Shown here: positions 22,001-33,300 of the stretch, one piece after another | How positions within the stretch are numbered: position 1 is the stretch's first letter | How the letters are laid out: each line of letters begins with the position of its first letter | Source: Eledone cirrhosa | Taxonomy: Eukaryota | Assembly (NCBI GenBank): GCA_964016885.1 | Contig: OZ024744.1 | Coordinates: 131,812,001 to 131,876,000, forward strand | Reading direction: 5' to 3' | Length of the DNA stretch: 64,000 nt | The notes under the pieces: model-generated | The model's database searches: none | What the model saw: only the letters and a program-made list of their open reading frames with translations | Told to the model about the DNA's origin: nothing | Translations under genes and position numbers: made by a program

Positions 22001-25000
22001 TTAAGTTAAGTTGGGGCTAAGTTAAGTTGAGGCTGAGTTAAGTTGGGGCTGAGTTAAGTTGGGGTTAAGTTAAGTTGGGGTTGAGTTAAGTTGGGGTTAA
22101 GTTAAGTTGGGGTTAAGTTAAGTTGGGGTTGAGTTAAGTTGGGGTTAAGTTAAGTTGGGGTTAAGTTAAGTTGGGGTTCAGTTAAGTTGGGGTTAAGTTA
22201 AGTTGCGGTTAAGTTAAGTTGGGGTTAAGTTAAGTTGGGGTTAAGTTAAATGGGGGTTCAGTTAAGTTGGGGTTAAGTTAAGTTGGGGTTAAGTTAAGTT
22301 GGGGTTAAGTTAGATTGTGGTTAACTTAAGTTGGGGTTAAGTTAAGTTGGGGTTAAGTTACGTTGGGGTTAAGTTAAGTTGGGGTTAAGTTAAGTTGGGG
22401 TTAAGTTGGGGTTAAGTTAAGTTAGGGTTAAGTTAAGTTGGGGTTGAGTTAAGTTGGGGTTAAGTTAAGTGGTGGTTATGTTAAGTTGGGGTTAAGTTAA
22501 GTTGGGGTTAATTTAAAATGGGGTTAAGTTAACTTTGTGGTTAAGTTAAGTTGGGGTTAAGTTAAGTTGGGGTTAATTTAAGTTGGGGTTGAGTTAAGTT
22601 GGGGTTGAGTGAAGTTGGGGTTAAGTTAAGTTGGGGTTAAGTTAAGTTGGGGTTAAGTTAAGTTGGGGTTAAGTTGGGTTTAAGTTAAGTTGGGGTTAAA
22701 TTAAGTTGGGGTTAAATTAAGTTGGGGTTAAGTTAAGTTGGGGGTAAGTTAAGTTGGGGTTAAGTTAAGTTGGGGTTAAGTTAAGTTGGGGTTAAGTTAG
22801 GTTGGGGTCAAGTTAAGTTGGGGTTAAGTTAAGTTGGGGTTAAGTTAAGTTGGGGTTAATTTAAATTGGGGTTAAGTTAACTTTGTGGTTAAGTTAAGTT
22901 GGGGTTAAGTTAAGTTGGGGTTAAGTTAAGTTGGGGTTGAGTTAATTGGGGTTGAGTGAAGTTGGGGTTAAGTTAAGTTGGGGTTAATTTAAGTTGGGGT
23001 TAAGTTAAGTCGGGGTTAAGTTAAGTTGGGGTTGAGTTAAGTTGGGGTTAAGTTAAGTTGGGGTTAAGTTAAGATAGGGTTAAGTTAAGTTGGGGGTGAG
23101 TTAAGTTGGGGTTAAGTTAAGTTGGGGTTACGTTAAGTTGGGGTTAAGTTAAGTTGCGGTTAAGTTAAGTTGGGGTTAAGTTAAGTTGGGGTCAAGTTAA
23201 ATGGGGGTTCAGTTAAGTTGGGGTTAAGTTAAGTTGGGGTTAAGTTAAGTTGGGGTTAAGTTAGATTGTGGTTAAGTTAAGTTGGGGTTAAGTTAAGTTG
23301 GGGTTAAGTTACGTTGGGGTTACGTTAAGTTGGGGTTAAGTTAAGTTGGGGTTAAGTTGGGGTTAAGTTAAGTTAGGGTTAAGTTAAGTTGGGGTTAAGT
23401 TAGATTGTGGTTAAGTTAAGTTGGGGTTAAGTTAAGTTGGGGTTAAGTTAAGTTGGGGTTAAGTTAGGTTGGGGTCAAGTTAAGTTGGGGTTAAGTTAAG
23501 TTGGGGTTAAGTTAAGTTGGGGTTAATTTAGTTGGGGTTAAGTTAAGTTGGGGCTAAGTTAAGTTGGGGCTAAGTTAAGTTGGGGCTAAGTTAAGTTGGG
23601 GTTAAGTTAAGTTGGGGTTAAGTTAAGTTGGGGTTAAGTTAAGTTGGGGTTAAGTTAAGTTGGTGTTAAGTTAAGTTGGGGCTAAGTTAAGTTGAGGCTG
23701 AGTTAAGTTGGGGCTGAGTTAAGTTGGGGTTAAGTTAAGTTGGGGTTGAGTTAAGTTGGGGTTAAGTTAAGTTGGGGTTAAGTTAAGTTGGGGTTGAGTT
23801 AAGTTGGGGTTAAGTTAAGTTGGGGTTAAGTTAAGTTGGGGTTCAGTTAAGTTGGGGTTAAGTTAAGTTGGGGTTAAGATGGGTTTAAATTAAGTTGGGG
23901 TTTAGTTAAGTTGGGGTTAAGTTAAGTTGGGGTTAAGTTAAGTTGGGGTTAAGTTAAGTCGGGGTTAAGTTAAGTCGGGGTTAAGTTAACTTAGGGTTAA
24001 GTTAAGTTGGAGTTAAGTTAAGTTGGGGTTGATTTAAGTTGGGGTTGAGTTAAATTAGGGTGGAGTTAAGTTGGGGTTGAGTTAAGTTGGTGTTGAGTTA
24101 ACTTAGGGTTAAGTTAAGTTGGGGTTAAGTTAAGTTGCAGTTAAGTTAAGTTGAGGTTAAATTAAGTTTGGGTTAAGTTGGGGTTAAATTAAGTTGGGGT
24201 TAAGTTAAGTTGGGGTTTAGTTAAGTTGGGGTTAAGTTAAGTTGGGGTTCAGTCAAGTTGGGGTTAAGTTAAGTTGGGGTTAAGTTAAGTTGGGGTTAAG
24301 TTAAGTTGGGCGTAAGTTAAGTTGGGTGTAAGTTAAGTTGGGGTTAAGTTAAGTTGGGGTTAAGTTAAGTTGGGGTTAATTTAAGGTGGGGTTAAGTTAA
24401 GTTGGGGTTAAGTTAAGTGGTGGTTATGTTAAGTTGGGGTTAAGTTAAGTTGGGGTTAATTTAAATTGGGGTTAAGTTAACTTTGTGGTTAAGTTAAGTT
24501 GGGGTTAAGTTAAGTTGGGGTTAAGTTAAGTTGGGGTTGAGTTAATTGGGGTTGAGTGAAGTTGGGGTTAAGTTAAGTTGGGGTTAATTTAAGTTGGGGT
24601 TAAGTTAAGTCGGGGTTAAGTTAAGTTGGGGTTTAGTTAAGTTGGGGTTAAGTTAACTTTGTGGTTAAGTTAAGTGGGGGTTAAGTTAAGTTGGGGTTAA
24701 GTTAAGTTGGGGTTGAGTTAAGTTGGGGTTGAGTGAAGTTGGGGTTAAGTTAAGTTGGGGTTAATTTAAGTTGGGGTTAAGTTAAGTCGGGGTTACGTTA
24801 AGTTGGCGTTGAGTTAAGTTGGGGTTAATTTAAGTTGGGGCTAAGTTAATTTGTGGTTAAGTTAAGTTGGGGTTAAGTTGGGGTTGAGTTAAGTTGGGGT
24901 TGAGTTAATTTTGGGTTAAGTTAAGTTGGGGTTAAGTTAAGTTGGGTTTAAGTTAAGTTGGGGTTAAATTAAGTTGGGGTTAAATTAAGTTGGGGTTAAG

Positions 25001-28000
25001 TTAGGTTGGGGGTAAGTTAAGTTGGGGGCAAGTTAAGTTGGGGTTAAGTTAAGTTGGGGTCAAATTAAGTTGGGGTTAAGTTAAGTTGGTGTTAAGTTAA
25101 GTTGGGGTTTATTTAAGTTGGGGTTAATTAAGTTGGGGATAAGTTAAGTTGGGGTTAAGTTAAGTTGGGGTTAATTTAAGTTGGGGTTGAGTTAAGTTGG
25201 GGTTAAGTTAAGTTGGGTTTATATTAAGTTGGGGTTAAGTTAAGTTGGGGTTAAGTTAAGTTGGGGTTCAGTTAAGTTGCGGTTAAGTTAAGTTGGGGTT
25301 AAGTTAAGTTGGGGTTAAGTTAAGTTGGGGTTAAGTTAAGTTGGGGTTAAGTTAAGTTGGTGTTAAGTTAAGTTGGGGCTAAGTTAAGTTGGGGCTGAGT
25401 TAAGTTGGGGCTGAGTTAAGTTGGGGTTAAGTTAAGTTGGGGTTGAGTTAAGTTGGGGTTAAGTTAATCTGGGGTTAAGTTAAGTTGGGGTTTAGTTAAG
25501 TTGGGGTTCAGTTAAGGTGGGGTTAAGTTTGGGTTAAGTTGGGGTTAAATTAATTTGGGGTTAAGTTAAGTTGGGGTTTAGTTTAGTTGGGGTTAAGTTA
25601 AGTTGGGGTTAATTTAAGTTGGGGTTAAGTTAAGTTGCGGGTAATTTAAGTTGGGGTTAAGTTAAGTTGGGGTTAAGTTAAGTTGGGGTTAAGTTAAGTT
25701 GGGGTTAAGTTAAGCTGGGGGTAAGTTAAGTTGGGGGTAAGTTAAGTTGGGGGTAAGTTAAGTTGGGGTTAAGTTGAGATAGGGTTAAGTTAAGTTGGGG
25801 TTGAGTTAAGTTGGGGTTAAGTTAAGTTGGGGTTACGTTAAGTTGGGGTTAAGTTAAGTTGCGGTTAAGTTAAGTTGGGGTTAAGTTAAGTTGGGGTTAA
25901 GTTAAATGGGGGTTCAGTTAAGTTGGGGTTAAGTTAAGTTGGGGTTAAGTTAAGTTGGGGTTAAGTTAGATTGTGGTTAACTTAAGTTGGGGTTAAGTTA
26001 AGTTGGGGTTAAGTTACGTTGGGGTTAAGTTAAGTTGGGGTTAAGTTAAGTTGGGGTTAAGTTGGGGTTAAGTTAAGTTAGGGTTAAGTTAAGTTGGGGT
26101 TGAGTTAAGTTGGGGTTAAGTTAAGTGGTGGTTATGTTAAGTTGGGGTTAAGTTAAGTTGGGGTTAATTTAAAATGGGGTTAAGTTAACTTTGTGGTTAA
26201 GTTAAGTTGGGGTTAAGTTAAGTTGGGGTTAATTTAAGTTGGGGTTGAGTTAAGTTGGGGTTGAGTGAAGTTGGGGTTAAGTTAAGTTGGGGTTAAGTTA
26301 AGTTGGGGTTAAGTTAAGTTGGGGTTAAGTTGGGTTTAAGTTAAGTTGGGGTTAAATTAAGTTGGGGTTAAATTAAGTTGGGGTTAAGTTAAGTTGGGGG
26401 TAAGTTAAGTTGGGGTTAAGTTAAGTTGGGGTTAAGTTAAGTTGGGGTTAAGTTAGGTTGGGGTCAAGTTAAGTTGGGGTTAAGTTAAGTTGGGGTTAAG
26501 TTAAGTTGGGGTTAATTTAGTTGGGGTTAAGTTAAGTTGGGGCTAAGTTAAGTTGGGGCTAAGTTAAGTTGGGGCTAAGTTAAGTTGGGGTTAAGTTAAG
26601 TTGGGGTTAAGTTAAGTTGGGGTTAAGTTAAGTTGGGGTTAAGTTAAGTTGGTGTTAAATTAAGTTGGGGCTAAGTTAAGTTGAGGCTGAGTTAAGTTGG
26701 GGCTGAGTTAAGTTGGGGTTAAGTTAAGTTGGGGTTGAGTTAAGTCGGGGTTAAGTTAAGTTGGGGTTAAGTTAAGTTGGGGTTAAGTTAAGTTGGGGTT
26801 AAGTTAAGTTGGGGTTGAGTTAAGTTGGGGTTAAGTTAAGTTGGGGTTAAGTTAAGTTGGGGTTCAGTTAAGTTGGGGTTAAGTTAAGTTGGGGTTAAGA
26901 TGGGGTTAAATTAAGTTGGGGTTTAGTTAAGTTGGGGTTAAGTTAAGTTGGGGTTAAGTTAAGTTGGGGTTAAGTTAAGTCTGGGTTAAGTTAAGTAGGG
27001 GTTAAGTTAACTTAGGGTTAAGTTAAGTTGGAGTTAAGTTAAGTTGGGGTTGATTTAAGTTGGGGTTGAGTTAAATTAGGGTGGATTTAAGTTGGGGTTA
27101 AGTTAAGTTGGGGTTGAGTTAAGTCGGGGTTAAGTTAAGTTGGGGTTAAGTTAAGTTGCAGTTAAGTTAAGTTGAGGTTAAGTTAAGTTGGGGTTAAGTT
27201 AAGTTGGGGTTAAATTAAGTTTGGGTTAAGTTGGGGTTAAATTAAGTTGGGGTTAAGTTAAGTTGGGGTTTAGTTAAGTTGGGGTTAAGTTAAGTTGGGG
27301 TTAAGTCAAGTTGGGGTTAAGTCAAGTTGGGGTTAAGTAAAGTTGGGGTTCAGTCAAGTTGGGGTTAAGTTAAGTTGGGGTTAAGTTAAGTTGGGGTTAA
27401 GTTAAGTTGGGCGTAAGTTAAGTTGGGTGTAAGTTAAGTTGGGGTTAAGTTAAGTTGGGGTTAAGTTAAGTTGGGGTTAATTTAAGTTGGGGTTAAGTTA
27501 AGTTGGGGTTAAGTTAAGTGGTGGTTATGTTAAGTTGGGGTTAAGTTAAGTTGGGGTTAATTTAAATTGGGGTTAAGTTAACTTTGTGGTTAAGTTAAGT
27601 TGGGGTTAAGTTAAGTTGGGGTTAAGTTAAGTTGGGGTTGAGTTAATTGGGGTTGAGTGAAGTTGGGGTTAAGTTAAGTTGGGGTTAATTTAAGTTGGGG
27701 TTAAGTTAAGTCGGGGTTAAGTTAAGTTGGGGTTGAGTTAAGTTGGGGTTAAGTTAAGTTGGGGTTAAGTTAAGATAGGGTTAAGTTAAGTTGGGGGTGA
27801 GTTAAGTTGGGGTTAAGTTAAGTTGGGGTTACGTTAAGTTGGGGTTAAGTTAAGTTGCGGTTAAGTTAAGTTGGGGTTAAGTTAAGTTGGGGTTAAGTTA
27901 AATGGGGGTTCAGTTAAGTTGGGGTTAAGTTAAGTTGGGGTTAAGTTAAGTTGGGGTTAAGTTAGATTGTGGTTAAGTTAAGTTGGGGTTAAGTTAAGTT

Positions 28001-30300
28001 GGGGTTAAGTTACGTTGGGGTTACGTTAAGTTGGGGTCAAGTTAAGTTGGGGTTAAGTTAAGTTGGGGTTAAGTTAAGTTGGGGTTAATTTAGTTGGGGT
28101 TAAGTTAAGTTGGGGCTAAGTTAAGTTGGGGCTAAGTTAAGTTGGGGTTAAGTTAAGTTGGGGTTAAGTTAGATTGTGGTTAAGTTAAGTTGGGGTTAAG
28201 TTAAGTTGGGGTTAAGTTAAGTTGGGGTTAAGTTAGGTTGGGGTCAAGTTAAGTTGGGGTTAAGTTAAGTTGGGGTTAAGTTAAGTTGGGGTTAATTTAG
28301 TTGGGGTTAAGTTAAGTTGGGGCTAAGTTAAGTTGGGGCTAAGTTAAGTTGGGGCTAAGTTAAGTTGGGGTTAAGTTAAGTTGGGGTTAAGTTAAGTTGG
28401 GGTTAAGTTAAGTTGGGGTTAAGTTAAGTTGGTGTTAAGTTAAGTTGGGGCTAAGTTAAGTTGAGGCTGAGTTAAGTTGGGGCTGAGTTAAGTTGGGGTT
28501 AAGTTAAGTTGGGGTTGAGTTAAGTCGGGGTTAAGTTAAGTTGGGGTTAAGTTAAGTTGGGGTTAAGTTAAGTTGGGGTTAAGTTAAGTTGGGGTTGAGT
28601 TAAGTTGGGGTTAAGTTAAGTTGGGGTTAAGTTAAGTTGGGGTTCAGTTAAGTTGGGGTTAAGTTAAGTTGGGGTTAAGATGGGGTTAAATTAAGTTGGG
28701 GTTTAGTTAAGTTGGGGTTAAGTTAAGTTGGGGTTAAGTTAAGTTGGGGTTAAGTTAAGTCGGGGTTAAGTTAAGTCGGGGTTAAGTTAACTTAGGGTTA
28801 AGTTAAGTTGGAGTTAAGTTAAGTTGGGGTTGATTTAAGTTGGGGTTGAGTTAAACTAGGGTGGAGTTAAGTTGGGGTTGAGTTAAGTTGGTGTTGAGTT
28901 AACTTAGGGTTAAGTTAAGTTGGGGTTAAGTTAAGTTGCAGTTAAGTTAAGTTGAGGTTAAGTTAAGTTGGGGTTAAGTTAAGTTGGGGTTAAATTAAGT
29001 TTGGGTTAAGTTGGGGTTAAATTAAGTTGGGGTTAAGTTAAGTTGGGGTTTAGTTAAGTTGGGGTTAAGTTAAGTTGGGGTTAAGTCAAGTTGGGGTTAA
29101 GTCAAGTTGGGGTTAAGTAAAGTTGGGGTTCAGTCAAGTTGGGGTTAAGTTAAGTTGGGGTTAAGTTAAGTTGGGGTTAAGTTAAGTTGGGCGTAAGTTA
29201 AGTTGGGTGTAAGTTAAGTTGGGGTTAAGTTAAGTTGGGGTTAAGTTAAGTTGGGGTTAATTTAAGGTGGGGTTAAGTTAAGTTGGGGTTAAGTTAAGTG
29301 GTGGTTATGTTAAGTTGGGGTTAAGTTAAGTTGGGGTTAATTTAAATTGGGGTTAAGTTAACTTTGTGGTTAAGTTAAGTTGGGGTTAAGTTAAGTTGGG
29401 GTTAAGTTAAGTTGGGGTTGAGTTAATTGGGGTTGAGTGAAGTTGGGGTTAAGTTAAGTTGGGGTTAATTTAAGTTGGGGTTAAGTTAAGTCGGGGTTAA
29501 GTTAAGTTGGGGTTGAGTTAAGTTGGGGTTAATTTAAGTTGGGGCTAATTTAATTTGTGGTTAAGTTGGGGTTAAGTTAAGTTGGGGTTAAGTTAAGTTG
29601 GGGTTGAGTTAAGTTGGGGTTGAGTTAATTTAGGGTTCAGTTAAGTTGGGGTTAAGTTAAGTTGGGTTTAAGTTAAGTTGGGGTTAAATTAAGTTGGGGT
29701 TAAGTTAAGTTGGGGGTAAGTTAAGTTGGGGGCAAGTTAAGTTGGGGTTAAGTTAAGTTGGGGTTAAATTAAGTTGGGGTTAAGTTAAGTTGGTGTTAAG
29801 TTAAGTTGGGGTTTATTTAAGTTGGGGTTAATTAATTTGGGGTTAAGTTAAGTTGGGGTTAAGTTAAGTTGGGGTTAATTTAAGTTGGGGTTGAGTTAAG
29901 TTGGGGTTAAGTTAAATGGGTTTATATTAAGTTGGGGTTAAGTTAAGTTGGGTTTAAGTTAAGTTGGGGTTAAATTAAGTTGGGGTTAAGTTAAGTTGGG
30001 GGTAAGTTAAGTTGGGGGCAAGTTAAGTTGGGGTTAAGTTAAGTTGGGGTTAAATTAAGTTGGGGTTAAGTTAAGTTGGTGTTAAGTTAAGTTGGGGTTT
30101 ATTTAAGTTGGGGTTAATTAATTTGGGGTTAAGTTAAGTTGGGGTTCAGTTAAGTTGCGGTTAATTTAAGTTGGGGTTAAGTTAAGTTGGGGTTAAGTTA
30201 AGTTGGGGTTAAGTTTAGTTGCGGCTAAGTTAAGTTGGGGTTAAGTTAAGTTGGTGTTAAGTTAAGTTGGGGCTAAGTTAAGTTGGGGCTGTGTTAAGTT
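12070..30300 (+). repeat. Dispersed duplication about 12.07-17.2 kb / about 24.65-30.3 kb (offset 12,590 over the core)
   Basis: taagCtgggggta 13125/25715, ttgagAtaggg 13189/25779, aaaTgggggttcag 13317/25907 and 15313/27903, gggCgtaag 14822/27412 all give an offset of 12,590. Confidence 0.88.
19500..23450 (+). repeat. Local amplification of a unit of about 0.95 kb
   Basis: Marker aaaTgggggttcag at 19651, 20602, 21537, 22251 and 23202 (spacings 951, 935, 714, 951). Confidence 0.8.
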
Positions 30301-33300
30301 GGGGCTGAGTTAAGTTGGGGTTAAGTTAAGTTGGGGTTGAGTTAAGTTGGGGTTAAGTTAAGTTGGGGTTAAGTTAAGTTGGGGTTAAGTTAAGTTGGGG
30401 TTAAGTTAAGTTGGGGTTTAGTTAAGTTGGGGTTCAGTTAAGTTGGGGTTAAGTTAAGTTTGGGTTAAGTTGGGGTTAAATTAATTTGGGGTTAAGTTAA
30501 GTTGGGGTTTAGTTTAGTTGGGGTTAAGTTAAGTTGGGGTTAATTTAAGTTGGGGTTAAGTTAAGTTGCGGGTAATTTAAGTTGGGGTTAATTTAAGTTG
30601 GGGTTAAGTTAAGTTGGGGTTAAGTTAAGTTGGGGTTAAGTTAAGTTGGGGGTAAGTTAAGTTGGGGGTAAGTTAAGTTGGGGGTAAATTAAGTTGGGGT
30701 TAAGTTAAGTTAGGGTTAAGTTAAGTTGGGGTTGAGTTAAGTTGGGGTTAAGTTAAGTTGGGGTTATGTTAAGTTGGGGTTAAGTTAAGTTGCGGTTAAG
30801 TTAAGTTGGCGTTATGTTAAGTTGGGGTTAAGTTAAATTGGGGTTAAGTTAAGTTGGGGTTAAGTTAAGTTGGGGTTAAGTTAAGTTGGGGTTCAGTTAG
30901 ATTGTGGTTAAGTTAAGTTGGGGTTAAGTTAAGTTGGGGTTAAGTTAAGTTGGGGTTAAGTTAAGGCGGGGTTAAGTTGAGTTGGTGTTAAGTTAAGTTG
31001 GGGTTAAGTTAAGTTGGGGTTGAGTTAATTTGGGGTTAACTTAAGTTGGGGGTACTTAAGTTGGGTTTAAGTTAAGTGGGGTTAAGTTAAGTTGGGGTTA
31101 AGTTAAGTTGGGGTTAAGTTAAGTTGGGGTTAAGTTAGGTTGTGGTTAAGTTAAGTTGGGGGTAAGTTAAGTTGGGGGTAAGTTAAGTTGGGGTTAATTT
31201 AAGTTGGGTCAAATTAAGTTGGGGTTAAGTTAAGTTGGGGTTAAGTTAAGTTGGGGTTAAATTAAGTTGGGGTTAAGTTAAGTTGGGGTTAAATTAAGTT
31301 GGCGTAAGTTAATTTGTGGTTAAGTTAAGTTGGGGTTAAGTTAAGTTGGGATTAAGTTAAGTTGGGGTTGAGTTAAGTTGGGGTTGAGTTAATTTAGGGT
31401 TAAGTTAAGTTGTGGTTAAGTTAAGTTGGGTTTAAGTTAAGTTGGGGTTAAATTAAGTTGGGGTTAAATTAAGTTGGGGTTAAGTTAGGTTGGGGTTAAG
31501 TTAAGTTGGGGTTTATTTAAGTTGGGGTTAATTAAGTTGGGGTTAAGTTAAGTTGGGTTTAAGTTAAGTTGGGGTTAATTTAAGTTGGGGTTGAGTTAAG
31601 TTGGGGTTAAGTTAAGTTGGGTTTATATTAAGTTGGGGTTAAGTTAAGTTGGGGTTAAGTTAAGTTGGGGTTCAGTTAAGTTGCGGTTAAGTTAAGTTGG
31701 GGTAAAGTTAAGTTGGTGTTAAGTTAAGTTGGGGTTAAGTTAAGTTGGTGTTAAGTTAAGTTGGGGCTAAGTTAAGTTGGGGCTGAGTTAAGTTGGGGCT
31801 GAGTTAAGTTGGGGTTAAGTTAAGTTGGGGTTGAGTTAAGTTGGGGTTAAGTTAAGTTGGGGTTAAGTTAAGTTGGGGTTAAGTTAAGTTGGGGTTAAGT
31901 TAAGTTGGGGTTTAGTTAAGTTGGGGTTCAGTTAAGTTGGGGTTAAGTTAAGTTTGGGTTAAGTTGGAGTTAAATTAATTTGGGGTTAAGTTAAGTTGGG
32001 GTTTAGTTTAGTTGGGGTTAAGTTAAGTTTGGGTTAAGTTGGAGTTAAATTAATTTGGGGTTAAGTTAAGTTGGGGTTTAGTTTAGTTGGGGTTAAGTTA
32101 AGTTGGGGTTAATTTAAGTTGGGGTTAAGTTAAGTTGCGGGTAATTTAAGTTGGGGTTAAGTTAAGTTGGGGTTAAGTTAAGTTGGGGTTAAGTTGGGGT
32201 TAAATTAATTTGGGGTTAAGTTAAGTTGTGGTTTAGTTTAGTTGGGGTTAAGTTAAGTTGGGGTTAATTTAAGTTGGGGTTAAGTTAAGTTGCGGGTAAT
32301 TTAAGTTGGGGTTAAGTTAAGTTGGGGTTAAGTTAAGTTGGGGTTAAGTTAAGTTGGGGTTAAGTTAAGTTGGGGTTAAGTTAAGTTGGGGGTAAGTTAA
32401 GTTGGGGTCAAGTTAAGTTGGGGTTAAGTTAAGTTGGGGTTCAGTTAAGTTGGGGTTAAGTTAAGTTGGGGTTAAGATGGGGTTAAATTAAGTTGGGGTT
32501 TAGTTAAGTTGGGGTTAAGTTAAGTTGGGGTTAAGTTAAGTTGGGGTTGAGTTAAGTTGGGGTTAAGTTAAGTTGGGGTTAAGTTAAGTTGGGGTTCAGT
32601 TAAGTTGGGGTTAAGTTAAGTTGGGGTTAAGATGGGGTTAAATTAAGTTGGGGTTTAGTTAAGTTGGGGTTAAGTTAAGTTGGGGTTAAGTTAAGTTGGG
32701 GTTAAGTTAAGTCGGGGTTAAGTTAAGTCGGGGTTAAGTTAACTTAGGGTTAAGTTAAGTTGGAGTTAAGTTAAGTTGGGGTTGATTTAAGTTGGGGTTG
32801 AGTTAAACTAGGGTGGAGTTAAGTTGGGGTTGAGTTAAGTTGGTGTTGAGTTAACTTAGGGTTAAGTTAAGTTGGGGTTAAGTTAAGTTGCAGTTAAATT
32901 AAGTTGAGGTTAAGTTAAGTTGGGGTTAAGTTAAGTTGGGGTTAAATTAAGTTTGGGTTAAGTTGGGGTTAAATTAAGTTGGGGTTAAGTTAAGTTGGGG
33001 TTTAGTTAAGTTGGGGTTAAGTTAAGTTGGGGTTAAGTCAAGTTGGGGTTAAGTCAAGTTGGGGTTAAGTAAAGTTGGGGTTCAGTCAAGTTGGGGTTAA
33101 GTTAAGTTGGGGTTAAGTTAAGTTGGGGTTAAGTTAAGTGGTGGTTATGTTAAGTTGGGGTTAAGTTAAGTTGGGGTTAATTTAAATTGGGGTTAAGTTA
33201 ACTTTGTGGTTAAGTTAAGTTGGGGTTAAGTTAAGTTGGGGTTAAGTTAAGTTGGGGTTGAGTTAATTGGGGTTGAGTGAAGTTGGGGTTAAGTTAAGTT

